From: Bacteroidales bacterium
GTDB lineage: Bacteria; Bacteroidota; Bacteroidia; Bacteroidales; PUMT01
NCBI GenBank assembly: GCA_007132225.1
Contig: SLPB01000001.1
Location: forward strand, 1,698 to 65,697
Reading direction: 5' to 3'
DNA length: 64,000 bases
Positions 20,404 to 30,332 of this stretch are shown piece after piece. How positions within the stretch are numbered: position 1 is the first letter of the stretch; each line of letters opens with the position of its first letter. A program made the translations under genes and the position numbers. A model generated the notes under the pieces. That model was given only the letters and a program-made list of their open reading frames with translations, was not told the origin of the DNA and did not search any database.

Positions 20404-20449
20404 AGCAGTGCCTTATTCCGGCTTAAAAAATCCGGATTGAGGCACTGCT
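20404..20449. terminator. Two-tier hairpin between the convergent sigma and DUF4783-like genes
   Basis: The outer 9-bp stem is agcagtgcc / ggcactgct and the inner 5-bp stem is tccgg / ccgga, around an A-rich loop. Confidence 0.45.
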
Positions 20450-20524
20450 TGTTAACGGCTAATGATATAGCCAGCTGCTATATTAAAGCCTTTATTGTAA
20501 CTTGATTATTACCAAAGGATTTAA

Positions 20525-20932
20525 TTAATTATCCTCTGTTCTCTCTATTCTCAACAGGTGAATAAGAAGAGCGTCATCATTTCCCTTTAAAAGAAAATAC
20601 ACTCTGAAATTTTCCTTTTCTGTTTTCAGATTACCAATAGCATAGCGGGATAACTCAGGTCCTCCCTGATGAAGTAACTTAAAACCTACCGGCTTGTGTA
20701 CAGAAAAAAACTTTCTTAATATGAGTTCGGCCTGAGATTTGCTGTAAACATCTTCGTTGTCCAGAACAACCAATTCTATATTATTGTTGAAATGCCGTGC
20801 AAGCTCCTTTGAATCACCCTTATTAAAGGAATCCGTGATTGATTTTGGAATTTCAGGCGAAAACAAAGAGCCGGATAATGCAAAACATAAAAAAAGTAAA
20901 GTTAACAACAACAAACTGTTCTTAATACGCAT
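20525..20932 (-). CDS. Small secreted protein, DUF4783-like
   Basis: 135 aa with signal peptide MRIKNSLLLLTLLFLCFALSG. The family name is recalled from overall pattern only ('ELARHFNNNIELVVL..YSKSQAELILRKFF'). Confidence 0.5.
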   Translation of the reverse strand: MRIKNSLLLLTLLFLCFALSGSLFSPEIPKSITDSFNKGDSKELARHFNNNIELVVLDNEDVYSKSQAELILRKFFSVHKPVGFKLLHQGGPELSRYAIGNLKTEKENFRVYFLLKGNDDALLIHLLRIERTEDN

Positions 20933-21266
20933 CGTTAAAATTTTAATAACAAATATTTAAACCATATGGTAAAGTAACTAAAATAGCTCAATTAGCAGTG
21001 CAGCATATATTTGTAATTTGTGAAACCTGATATCAAGCGCATCACTTTAGTGTAGCAAAAAGTAAGCCAATTATGAAATATAAAACTATCTTTCACCATA
21101 AATTTATTGCAATATAATTAAAAGAACCTTGTTTTATTAAAAACCAGCTAAAATTTGGTTTATTTTCCGAAAGTATATAAAAATGCAGAAACCTGCTTTT
21201 TAATTAAAATATGTGTTCTATTCACTTCGATGAACAGGCATTAATGAGTGTCTTAATATATATTAT

Positions 21267-21740
21267 ATGAAGCTTACATTGATCTTTACCGGAAAAACCC
21301 GTCCGGGCTATCTCAAAGAAGGCATTGATATCTATACCAAACGCCTTGGTCATTATGCTCCCGTTAAGATTAAAACGATTGAAGAACAAGGTGGAAAATC
21401 AGGTTCTTCCAGGGCAAAAACAAAATTCGCAAAAAGCGAAAAAATAATATCCGGTATTGACAACAACTCATATGTGGTGCTTCTGGATGAAAAAGGAGAA
21501 ACTTTCAGTTCTCATGAATTTGCAAGATTTGTTGAGAAAACTATGACCCACGGGTACAAGGAGTTTGTTTTCATATCAGGAGGTGCCTATGGTTTTCCGG
21601 ATTACTTATACAATAAGGCAAATAAGGTAATTTCTTTATCACAGATGACATTTTCGCATCAAATGGTCCGGCTGATACTGGCTGAACAGCTATACAGGGC
21701 CATGACAATTATAAGAGGAGAATCTTACCACCATGAATAA
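21267..21740 (+). CDS. rlmH: 23S rRNA (pseudouridine1915-N3)-methyltransferase RlmH
   Basis: 157 aa, SPOUT family, with 'FVFISGGAYGF', 'LSQMTFSHQMVRLILAEQLYRA' and a C-terminal 'YHHE'. Confidence 0.85.
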   Translation: MKLTLIFTGKTRPGYLKEGIDIYTKRLGHYAPVKIKTIEEQGGKSGSSRAKTKFAKSEKIISGIDNNSYVVLLDEKGETFSSHEFARFVEKTMTHGYKEFVFISGGAYGFPDYLYNKANKVISLSQMTFSHQMVRLILAEQLYRAMTIIRGESYHHE

Positions 21741-21802
21741 TAAATGGTTTTGAGCTAAAAATCAAGCTTAATGACCAAATAAACTGGTATACAAGAAATT
21801 AT

Positions 21803-24800
21803 ATGGCACAGATATTAAATATTTTATATAAGTTCCGGTTGCTTTTCACATCACTCATTTTATTATTCTCTGCGATTATCACAGAACATAATATTGAAGT
21901 CCTTGAATCAACTAGCATTAATACCTCCCGGTTTCAATCCGTTCTTGATAAAAAATACAGAGTTGCTTCAGAAAACCTCGAAGAAATTGCATCCCTGACA
22001 AAGGAAAAAGGATTAGACACATTCATTAACATGGATGCAGACAAGTATTATGATGTTTATCAGGATATGGGAATAATAATCCTGGTATTTGAAGAACAAA
22101 AGCTGAAATTTTGGAACAGCAATGTTCTTCCCTTGCAAATCAACGAATCTTTGCTTGAAAAAGAACAAAAAATCGTTAACACCGGAAATGGATGGTTTGC
22201 TCTGAAACGACTGGATACAAATGATTCAATCACGCTTTTTGGACTCATTCTTATTAAACACGAATATGTCTTTGAAAATGAGTTTCTTGTAAATGACTTC
22301 CATCCCGATTTCAATCTGTTTCCAGGGGCAGAGATAAGTTTTTCCCACCATGAAGATAATATAATAACATGTCCGGACAGAAAATTTCTTTTCTCGCTTA
22401 TTGATCCGGAGCCTGCACACCACCACACTTCATACTCTTTGGCAGTTTGCTTTTTGTACGCACTGGGAGCTATTCTGCTTTTGCTGTTTTTCTATAAAAG
22501 CTTCTCTGTTTTCAGCTTCAAATCCACCACATCAAGAAACACCTGGTTTTTTGCACTAACAGCAATTTTAATATTTTTAAGATACCATATGCTGGAATCA
22601 GGTTATCCGGAAATCTTTAAATCATTCTCATTATTTCATCCTCATCACTACGCAACATCTTCATTATTTCCCTCCCTTGGAGATTTTCTGATAAATGCAG
22701 TGCTTATTTTATTTATTAGCATTTGTTTTTCAGCTCATTTCAAATTAATAGACAGGAATACCAATGCCTGCCGAATAAAAAGCATATCACAGGTAATCAT
22801 TTTGAGCATTTTCCTTGTTGCTTTTATGATCTCTTTCATCTATATGTTCAGTGGACTCATATTTAATTCAAATATTCAACTTGAAGTCCACAACTTTTTC
22901 TATCTTAACCAGTTCAGTTTTATCGCCTACCTTATACTTGCAATGCTCCTTGCTTCCCTTGTGCTTATAGCCGACAGGGTGGTATTTATTGCATCAACTC
23001 TCGTGGATTTTAAAAGCTTCATAATCATATTCACAGGTTCATTTATTGCCGGGATCTTTCTGTATAGTGCAGCCGGAAATAATATATATATATATACTAT
23101 CCTGTTTTTCGTTGCCCTGACAGGCAGCATAACCGGCATCAGATATTTCAGATACCATTATGCTTATTCTTTCCAGGTATTTCTTGTTTTTCTGATATCA
23201 GTCTTCTCACTTGTTTTTATAACAAACAAGAGCAGGGATAAGGAAAAAGATATAAGACAGGTGCTTGCTGTAAGCCTTGCTAATGAACGTGACCAGGTTG
23301 CCGAGTTCCTTATGGAAGAAAATGCATCCAATCTTAAGACTGACAGTGTTATCCATGCCGAACTTTTGTCAATGCAGTTCGACAACTATGAGTTGTTTGA
23401 CTACCTGAACATTAACTACTTTGATGGATATTTCAGGAAATATGACCTGCAGATCGCGTTGTGCGATCAAAACACTGATCTACTCCTGGAGGATATAAAT
23501 GAGTGGGTGGAATGCTATCCCTTTTTTTACAATATGATTGATGATTTTGGAATTCCTGTGTCGGCCAGTTCAGACTTTTTTTTTCTCGATAACCTTAATG
23601 GCAGAATAAGCTATCTTGGTGTTATTATTTATGAATTCGATGAATATCCCTACGAAAAAACCTTGTTTATCTCACTTGACAGCAAGCTTATTGATGACCA
23701 GCTGGGCTATCCTGAATTGCTTCTTGAGGGTAAGTTCTCAAGCAATCCTGCTTTAATTCAATATTCACATGCAAAATACAACAACGATCAGTTAATAACC
23801 CGTTCAGGCACATATCCCTACCCGCTGACATTGCAATTTAATCCAGAACCGGATGAAGAATTTGTCTTTGTTAAAACAGAGGGATATGAACACCTTGTCT
23901 ACCAGATCGACAAGGAAAATGTAATACTGCTCAGCAAACCCGAAACCCGAACCATAGACTATCTGACCTCTTTTTCATACAATTTTCTTTTCTTTTATCT
24001 GCTTTACAGCCTGTCTCTGCTGATATGCAAATATCCGGTCAACCTACGTAAGTGGCAGATAGATTTCAAAAACAAAATTAAATACTCCATGATAGGAGTA
24101 CTGCTTCTCTCCCTGATAATAATCGGAGTGGGAACAGTTTACTATAACATCCGGCAGTTTGAAAGCAAACAATATGAGAACATCAGTGAAAGAATCCGGT
24201 CAGTCCTGGTTGAACTTGAATACAGACTGGGCATGGAATATGAGCTTACAGACCAAATGAGGCCTTATGTAACCGGAAGGCTTATACAGTTATCCAATGT
24301 TTTTTATACTGATATAAATTTATATGACCTTGGGGGAAACCTCTATGCTTCCTCCAGACCGGAGGTCTTTGAATTAAAATTGATTGGTGAGCAAATGAAC
24401 CCGGAAGCATACTCAGAGATGGTGCTTAAGAAGAAGGCAAGGTTTGTACACAAGGAGTCTATAAGCAACCTCTCCTACCTGTCTGCTTATGTGCCTCTCA
24501 CCAATGCAGATAATGAAATCCTCTCCTATCTGAACCTGCCCTATTTTACCAGGCAATCAATTCTGACAAAAGAAATTTATACCCTTGTTGTTGCAGTGGC
24601 AAATATTTATGCTATCCTGATATTAATAACTATTCTTATTGCTGTAATAGTTTCAAATACCATAACAAAACCCCTGCAACTTATACAGAATAAGCTTCGC
24701 AAACTTTCTATCGGAAAGAAAAATGAACAAATAGATTACGTAAGCGATGATGAGATAGGAAGTCTGATAAAAGAATACAACCGGATGGTGGAGGAACTTG

Positions 24801-25522
24801 AAAACAGTACGGAACTGCTTGCCAGGTCTGAACGGGAGAGCGCCTGGAGAGAAATGGCCAAACAAATTGCACATGAGATAAAAAACCCGCTGACTCCCAT
24901 GAAATTAAGCATTCAGCATCTTCAAAGATCATGGGACGATCGCGTTGAAAACTGGGAAGAAGTTCTAAAGAAAACCACTCGTAACCTGGTTGAACAGATT
25001 GACCATCTTTCTTCGATTGCCACAGCGTTTTCTCATTTCGCAAAACTGCCAAAAGCAACTGCCGGCAAAGTGGACATTGTCAGTGCTGCAAACAAAGTCG
25101 CCGATTTGTTTTCCAATACAGAAAATGTTGATATATCAGTTAAGTCAAAAGGTTTTGAAAAGCTTTATGTAATTTCCGACAAGGTACAACTTAACCGGAT
25201 ATTTATTAACCTGCTGAAAAATGCCATTCAATCTATTCCCAAAGAGAGAAAAGGGATTATTATTATAGAACTGGCCATGGAGGAAAATATGGCCCTTGCA
25301 AAGATTATCGATAATGGAGAAGGTGTGCATCCTGGGATCAGAAATAAAATGTTTACTCCAAACTTTACTTCAAAATCAGGAGGAACAGGAATGGGCCTGG
25401 CCCTGGTTAAAAGTATCGTTGAACAGTCAGGCGGCATGGTGGGATTTACCAGTGAATATAAAAAAGGCAGCTGCTTTTTCTTTAAAATTCCATGTGCATC
25501 CCAGGAGCCACCAGGGGTATAA
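21803..25522 (+). CDS. Large multi-pass membrane sensor histidine kinase (HAMP-HisKA-HATPase C-terminus)
   Basis: 1239 aa with H-box 'AHEIKNPLTPM', N-box 'NLLKNAIQS', G1 'IIDNGEG' and G2 'GGTGMGLALV'. By eye, an N-terminal extracytoplasmic segment of ~200 aa is followed by ~8 hydrophobic helices, a second soluble segment, further TM helices and a third extracytoplasmic segment before the HAMP-like linker. Confidence 0.85.
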   Translation: MAQILNILYKFRLLFTSLILLFSAIITEHNIEVLESTSINTSRFQSVLDKKYRVASENLEEIASLTKEKGLDTFINMDADKYYDVYQDMGIIILVFEEQKLKFWNSNVLPLQINESLLEKEQKIVNTGNGWFALKRLDTNDSITLFGLILIKHEYVFENEFLVNDFHPDFNLFPGAEISFSHHEDNIITCPDRKFLFSLIDPEPAHHHTSYSLAVCFLYALGAILLLLFFYKSFSVFSFKSTTSRNTWFFALTAILIFLRYHMLESGYPEIFKSFSLFHPHHYATSSLFPSLGDFLINAVLILFISICFSAHFKLIDRNTNACRIKSISQVIILSIFLVAFMISFIYMFSGLIFNSNIQLEVHNFFYLNQFSFIAYLILAMLLASLVLIADRVVFIASTLVDFKSFIIIFTGSFIAGIFLYSAAGNNIYIYTILFFVALTGSITGIRYFRYHYAYSFQVFLVFLISVFSLVFITNKSRDKEKDIRQVLAVSLANERDQVAEFLMEENASNLKTDSVIHAELLSMQFDNYELFDYLNINYFDGYFRKYDLQIALCDQNTDLLLEDINEWVECYPFFYNMIDDFGIPVSASSDFFFLDNLNGRISYLGVIIYEFDEYPYEKTLFISLDSKLIDDQLGYPELLLEGKFSSNPALIQYSHAKYNNDQLITRSGTYPYPLTLQFNPEPDEEFVFVKTEGYEHLVYQIDKENVILLSKPETRTIDYLTSFSYNFLFFYLLYSLSLLICKYPVNLRKWQIDFKNKIKYSMIGVLLLSLIIIGVGTVYYNIRQFESKQYENISERIRSVLVELEYRLGMEYELTDQMRPYVTGRLIQLSNVFYTDINLYDLGGNLYASSRPEVFELKLIGEQMNPEAYSEMVLKKKARFVHKESISNLSYLSAYVPLTNADNEILSYLNLPYFTRQSILTKEIYTLVVAVANIYAILILITILIAVIVSNTITKPLQLIQNKLRKLSIGKKNEQIDYVSDDEIGSLIKEYNRMVEELENSTELLARSERESAWREMAKQIAHEIKNPLTPMKLSIQHLQRSWDDRVENWEEVLKKTTRNLVEQIDHLSSIATAFSHFAKLPKATAGKVDIVSAANKVADLFSNTENVDISVKSKGFEKLYVISDKVQLNRIFINLLKNAIQSIPKERKGIIIIELAMEENMALAKIIDNGEGVHPGIRNKMFTPNFTSKSGGTGMGLALVKSIVEQSGGMVGFTSEYKKGSCFFFKIPCASQEPPGV

Positions 25523-25674
25523 TAACCCGTAATTCCCCGGCACCCCCTTCTGCCCGAATACCAAACCTCAGGAATGCAGGGCTGTAAGATCATGTTTTAA
25601 TGCATGTAACTTTGCCCTTATCACTTCCGTATAAATACTTTTTACTATATGTATAAGGTATTCGGGTAAATTGT

Positions 25675-25682
25675 TATATTTG
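25675..25682 (+). promoter_or_regulatory. Candidate -7 box (TATATTTG) upstream of the T9SS cargo gene
   Basis: Matches TAnnTTTG. It lies about 150 nt upstream of the ATG at 25834. Confidence 0.25.
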
Positions 25683-25833
25683 TTTTATTGTGTTTCTTAA
25701 ACGGGCCGGGAATAACCTTATTAGTTATAAACATGTCAAATGCTCAAAAATAATTGTGTTAAGTTATTCAATTAATTTTCGTTTGGAATTTAAGTTAATT
25801 AATATCGGATCAAAGACCCTGCCTGTCTTTTTC

Positions 25834-28800
25834 ATGTTGATTATACTGCCTTTACTATATACCTCAGCACTTTATTCCCAGGCTCAGATAGGTGGTGTTA
25901 TAAATTCATATGCAGCCGTTGAATCAATAGAGGGTCAAAATGCAGTTATAGTGGATGATCCCGGCCCCTTCCAGCCGGGCGATACAGTGATACTGATCCA
26001 GATGAAAGGACTGGGAATTGATACTAACCCGGGTAGTTACGGAGTACAGCAGGATATAAATAATGCAGGCAATTACGAATTTCTGCTGATAGATATAATA
26101 GATGGCCACAAAATAACTTTTACCCGTGATTTTCTCAAACAATATAATGCTGTTGAAACAGCCCAGCTCATTAAGGTTAATGGATACGAATCCGCAAGGG
26201 TTACCAGTACATTAAAAGCAAAAGAATGGGACCGGGAAACCGGTACGGGAGGTGTCATAGCCCTGATAGTTACCAATACACTAACCCTTGAAGCCGACAT
26301 AGATGCATCAGGGTCAGGTTTTAAAGGTGGTATTCCGGTTGATCATGCCAATGGCATATGCTCAGGCAATGATAATGTTAATGAGGAAGAATATGAGAAG
26401 TTTTCATTTCCGGAGGGCATGGATATATCGGGCAGAAAAGGTGAAGGCCCGGCTACATATTACATTGAAGGAGAAAATAACATTGAACTAGGAAACGGCT
26501 TTTCGCAGGGAAAAGGACGAATTGCCAGCGGAGGCGGAGGTGGCAACGGACTTTTTGCCGGAGGTGGTGGGGGAGCCAACTACAGTCCGGGAGGTTTTGG
26601 AGGAAGGGAATCTGATGCCTGTCCCCTCTCTGATTTTGAAACAGAGGGTTATGGCGGATCCGGCCTGGCTAATCAAATGTTTACCCCCGGGGGGAAATTT
26701 CTTAACCGTTTTTTTATGGGCGGCGGGGGGGGAGGTTCCACGCAATTCGGAGACAGGCTGGCATCAAAGGGAGGTGATGGCGGGGGTATAATAATCATAA
26801 TTGCAAATTATATTGAAGGAACTGAAGATTACGGTCTCTATGCAAACGGTGAGTCAGTTGCCGGAATAGCAACAGCCGGAGCAGGTGGAGGAGGCGGAGG
26901 GGGAACTATTATAGCATCCATTGACAATTACATGGGAGAAATCAATATGCATACCCACGGCGGTAAAGGAGGGGATGTGAATTCTCATGAAATGGCCGGG
27001 CCTGGCGGCGGAGGTGGTGAAGGAACCATAATCCATTCAGGGGCAGGCCTTCCTCCCAATGTAAATACTTATATCTCTTTTGGCAGTGGAGGCACAAACA
27101 TTCAGCAGAATGATAATTTTGGTTCCACAAACGGATCACCGGCAGCACTTGAAAACATTGTTGAGAACCTGGAAATATCGCTTAACGGAATACTTTTTAA
27201 TGGCATAAGGACGCAGAGAAGCACCATCTGCGAGGATGTAACCCCTGACCCTATAGAAGGAACCCACCCCAGGGGACAGGTAACACCTTATGAATTCGAA
27301 TGGTTAAGAAGATCACTGGGTTCAGCAGAATGGACATCAATTGAAGGTGCCACGGAAAAAAATTATCAGCCGGAACCACTTACTGAAGATACTCAGTTCC
27401 GCAGGGTAGTCATAGATAATACCTCCCCTGTGGTAATTGACTCCAGCAATATCCTTACAATAACCGTTCATCCGAAAATAACCGACAACATAATTAAAGA
27501 AGAACAAACAATCTGTGAGGGCGAAAAACCCCGGGCACTGACTGAAGTTATCCAGGTGCAGGGCGGAACAGGTGATTATTCATATACATGGATACAATCC
27601 ACGGCAATATCCGGTGAATGGACAGAATCCGGCAATGAGAACAACCAGCAGGATTACTCTCCTCCTGCTCTTTACGACTCAACATATTTCAGGCGCATAG
27701 TAACCTCGGGAGTCTGCATTGACAGCTCAGCTATAGTAATACCCGTTAATGTACACCCTGCCATTGAAAACAATATACTGAGCGATGATCAGACCATCTG
27801 CAACGGAGATATACCAAGCCCTGTTTTTGCACCGGTTGATTTAACAGGAGGTTTGGGGACGGGTGAGTACGCCTATGCATGGGAAGAAGGCTCGGGCATC
27901 ACCTGGATTCCTGTTGATAACAATGGAAACAGTGCATCCTATGAACCGGGAATTCTAACCGGCACAATCAGTTACCGGAGAATAGTTGAATCCGGAGAGT
28001 GCCGCGATACGAGTTCACAGCACACAATAATTGTACTGGATAATATAACCGGGAACACAATATCCGGTGACCAGACCATATGCTATATGGAATCACCTGA
28101 TCTTTTTGAAGGTACGGAACCCGGAGGAGGTGACGGTAATTTCAGTTACAGCTGGGAGATTACAAGGGATGAAGCACACTGGACATTAGCAGAAAACAAC
28201 AACGAAAACATAGATTATCTTTCTCCCCCCCTTTCAGAAACATCATCCTTCAGAAGAATTGCATATAGCGGACCGAATAATGAGTGTAAAGATACAAGCA
28301 ATTCGGTTCACGTATCTTTCCACCCCTTTTCATACGGAGAGATAACGGAAACAACAGATACCATATGCAACGGAGAGGGATATGAACTAAGAATCAATCT
28401 CAGCGGGGAAGCACCATGGGAATGGACGCTGGTATTTTCAGACGGACAGGAGTTTTTTACTGTTGATGATATTGAAGGCGCATTACATATTGAACCTGTG
28501 AACCCGGAAACTCCTGATTCCACAACATTCTCATATCAGATTATATCTCTGACAGACAAATTTGGCTGCTCTGTGCCTGAAGAAAATATGACCGGTACAG
28601 CAACTCTAAGAGTTTATGCTTTCCCGAAGCCTGATGCGGGTTTTGACCGGGAAGTTTGCGGACCGGTTCTCGAGCTGAATGCAGTTCCAAGTTTTGGGTC
28701 AGGCCACTGGCTGGCAGAGTCTGCCTCAGCCCAATTCACCACAGACGCATCAGGCCCCAGTGCAATGGTTACTGTGGATAATTATGATACCCACAGGTTT

Positions 28801-29412
28801 TGGTGGACTGAAACGAACTGGCAATGCACGGAAGCCGAAAAGGTTTTAATAACAAATTATGAGCAGCCGGTTAATGTTTTTGCAGGAGATGATCAGCACC
28901 TTCAGTTCTCTTTTGAAACTAATATGGAAGCCAGGCTTCCTGCCAATATGCAAGATGCCCGGGGATTTTGGGAGCTTGTCTCAGGAAACGGATATATATA
29001 TTCACAAGGGGATCCGGATACCGGAATACCAGGTGACCCGTATACAATGGTAACAGATTTGGCCCTTGGCGAAAACATCCTCAGGTGGACTGTCATCAAT
29101 GGTGTATGTGATGCGGCTTCGGACCAGGTATCAATAATAATTAACGACCTGGACCCTCCCTCAGGATTTTCCCCCAACAACAGTGGTTTAAATGACAGGT
29201 TCATTATCAGGGGACTGGAAAATTCATTGACTAATGAGCTAACCATTTTTAACCGCCAGGGCAACGTTGTCTACCAGGCAGTAAATTACCAGAATGACTG
29301 GGAAGGGAGGAACCAGAGCGGGGTTCCTTTACCGGAAGACACCTATTACTATATACTGAGGGTTGATGAACTTTATTCATACAAAGGATTCATTGTTCTG
29401 AAACGTTATTAA
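25834..29412 (+). CDS. T9SS type-B cargo: large cell-surface protein with a poly-Gly N-terminal domain, ~95-aa Cys-containing Ig-like repeats and a gliding-motility-associated C-terminal domain
   Basis: The ATG at 25834 gives signal peptide MLIILPLLYTSALYSQA, and the GTG at 25690 in the ORF track adds an implausible extension. The C-terminus 'FSPNNSGLNDRFIIRG...LTIFNRQGNVVYQ...WEGRN..G..LPEDTYYYIL...KGFIVLKRY' fits the type-B (TIGR04131-like) CTD pattern. Confidence 0.85.
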   Translation: MLIILPLLYTSALYSQAQIGGVINSYAAVESIEGQNAVIVDDPGPFQPGDTVILIQMKGLGIDTNPGSYGVQQDINNAGNYEFLLIDIIDGHKITFTRDFLKQYNAVETAQLIKVNGYESARVTSTLKAKEWDRETGTGGVIALIVTNTLTLEADIDASGSGFKGGIPVDHANGICSGNDNVNEEEYEKFSFPEGMDISGRKGEGPATYYIEGENNIELGNGFSQGKGRIASGGGGGNGLFAGGGGGANYSPGGFGGRESDACPLSDFETEGYGGSGLANQMFTPGGKFLNRFFMGGGGGGSTQFGDRLASKGGDGGGIIIIIANYIEGTEDYGLYANGESVAGIATAGAGGGGGGGTIIASIDNYMGEINMHTHGGKGGDVNSHEMAGPGGGGGEGTIIHSGAGLPPNVNTYISFGSGGTNIQQNDNFGSTNGSPAALENIVENLEISLNGILFNGIRTQRSTICEDVTPDPIEGTHPRGQVTPYEFEWLRRSLGSAEWTSIEGATEKNYQPEPLTEDTQFRRVVIDNTSPVVIDSSNILTITVHPKITDNIIKEEQTICEGEKPRALTEVIQVQGGTGDYSYTWIQSTAISGEWTESGNENNQQDYSPPALYDSTYFRRIVTSGVCIDSSAIVIPVNVHPAIENNILSDDQTICNGDIPSPVFAPVDLTGGLGTGEYAYAWEEGSGITWIPVDNNGNSASYEPGILTGTISYRRIVESGECRDTSSQHTIIVLDNITGNTISGDQTICYMESPDLFEGTEPGGGDGNFSYSWEITRDEAHWTLAENNNENIDYLSPPLSETSSFRRIAYSGPNNECKDTSNSVHVSFHPFSYGEITETTDTICNGEGYELRINLSGEAPWEWTLVFSDGQEFFTVDDIEGALHIEPVNPETPDSTTFSYQIISLTDKFGCSVPEENMTGTATLRVYAFPKPDAGFDREVCGPVLELNAVPSFGSGHWLAESASAQFTTDASGPSAMVTVDNYDTHRFWWTETNWQCTEAEKVLITNYEQPVNVFAGDDQHLQFSFETNMEARLPANMQDARGFWELVSGNGYIYSQGDPDTGIPGDPYTMVTDLALGENILRWTVINGVCDAASDQVSIIINDLDPPSGFSPNNSGLNDRFIIRGLENSLTNELTIFNRQGNVVYQAVNYQNDWEGRNQSGVPLPEDTYYYILRVDELYSYKGFIVLKRY
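27226..28640 (+). repeat. Five tandem ~95-aa coding repeats inside the cargo gene (approximate borders)
   Basis: Each unit begins 'ICxG/E..P' and contains 'Y.Y.W', 'F/YRR(I/V)' and a second Cys. Examples are ICEDVTPDP.., ICEGEKPRAL.., ICNGDIPSPV.., ICYMESPDLF.. and ICNGEGYELR... Confidence 0.7.
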
Positions 29413-29422
29413 CCACTGAAAC

Positions 29423-30331
29423 TTGAAAAAATATTTAATAATATTATTAATCCTGTGTTCATCAAAGATGAGTTCCCAGCATCTTTTTCCGGTTTACAGC
29501 CAGTATATGCTCAATGGCCTTGCCCTTAACCCTGCATATGCCGGCAGCCGTGATGTATTCAATATAACCCTTGGCTACAGGAACCAATGGGTCGGCTTCG
29601 ACGGAGCTCCTGTTTCCCAAACACTTAGCGCCCACACCCCCCTGAACAATGAAAATGTTGCACTTGGACTCTTTTTGAATAACGAGCAGATTGATGTAAG
29701 GAATAACACAAGTATGTATTTTAATTATGCATACAGGTTCCCCCTTGGCAGCGGACGGATGGCAATGGGACTGAAGGGCGGCGGAATGATCAGGAATATC
29801 AGCTGGAGCAAAATAACTCTTCATGATCCGGGCGATGATGTTTTTATTGCCCCCACCCAAAAGGATATTTTACCAAATTTCGGCTTCGGTCTGTACTACT
29901 CAACCAACCGTTATTTTATTGGTGCCTCAATCCCGCTTTTACTCAGCGACAGCACAAGAAACGACAAAACCGTTCAGTATCACAACATGAACAATTACAA
30001 CTACCTGGTCAGCGGAGGAGTGGTTATGGGAAGAGGAGGATTTAAAATTAAACCAAGTTTCCTTTTGAAGTATAATGAAAGGAATCCTCTTCAGGTTGAT
30101 GCAAATCTTTCTTTTATCCTTGGAGACCTTATATGGCTGGGAGGCTCATACAGAATGGAAGATGCACTGGTGGGTCTTATTAAGCTGCAGATAAACGACA
30201 GACTGAGGCTGGGATATACATACGACTACGCACTCGGAAATATTAGCAGCTTTCACAACGGCTCACACGAGATAGTACTGATTTATGACTTCAGGTTCAG
30301 GATAAGTGCTGTTAATCCAAGATACTTTTAA
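29423..30331 (+). CDS. PorP/SprF-family type IX secretion system membrane protein
   Basis: 302 aa with a TTG start 10 nt after the cargo stop. 'FPVYSQYMLNGLALNPAYAGSRD..LGYRNQWVGFDGAPVSQTLSAH' matches the PorP/SprF N-terminal signature. Confidence 0.85.
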   Translation: MKKYLIILLILCSSKMSSQHLFPVYSQYMLNGLALNPAYAGSRDVFNITLGYRNQWVGFDGAPVSQTLSAHTPLNNENVALGLFLNNEQIDVRNNTSMYFNYAYRFPLGSGRMAMGLKGGGMIRNISWSKITLHDPGDDVFIAPTQKDILPNFGFGLYYSTNRYFIGASIPLLLSDSTRNDKTVQYHNMNNYNYLVSGGVVMGRGGFKIKPSFLLKYNERNPLQVDANLSFILGDLIWLGGSYRMEDALVGLIKLQINDRLRLGYTYDYALGNISSFHNGSHEIVLIYDFRFRISAVNPRYF

Positions 30332-30332
30332 A

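Noticed and set aside
25690-25833. GTG-initiated 48-codon N-terminal extension of the T9SS cargo ORF. Similar upstream extensions occur at 10447-10506, 14270-14305, 15226-15264, 30306-30332, 32027-32059, 39717-39743, 42595-42693, 50585-50662 and 52375-52386
   Set aside because: The extensions precede clear signal peptides or conserved N-termini and would bury them. In several cases they overlap the upstream gene. Internal ATG starts were preferred.
26520-27020. GC-rich, GGN-repetitive DNA that looks like a non-coding low-complexity island, with overlapping ORFs in other frames (26488-26745, 26522-26791, 26854-27036)
   Set aside because: The region sits in frame within the long cargo ORF, encoding Gly blocks interleaved with ordinary sequence. 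The alternative-frame ORFs are by-products of the GGN bias.
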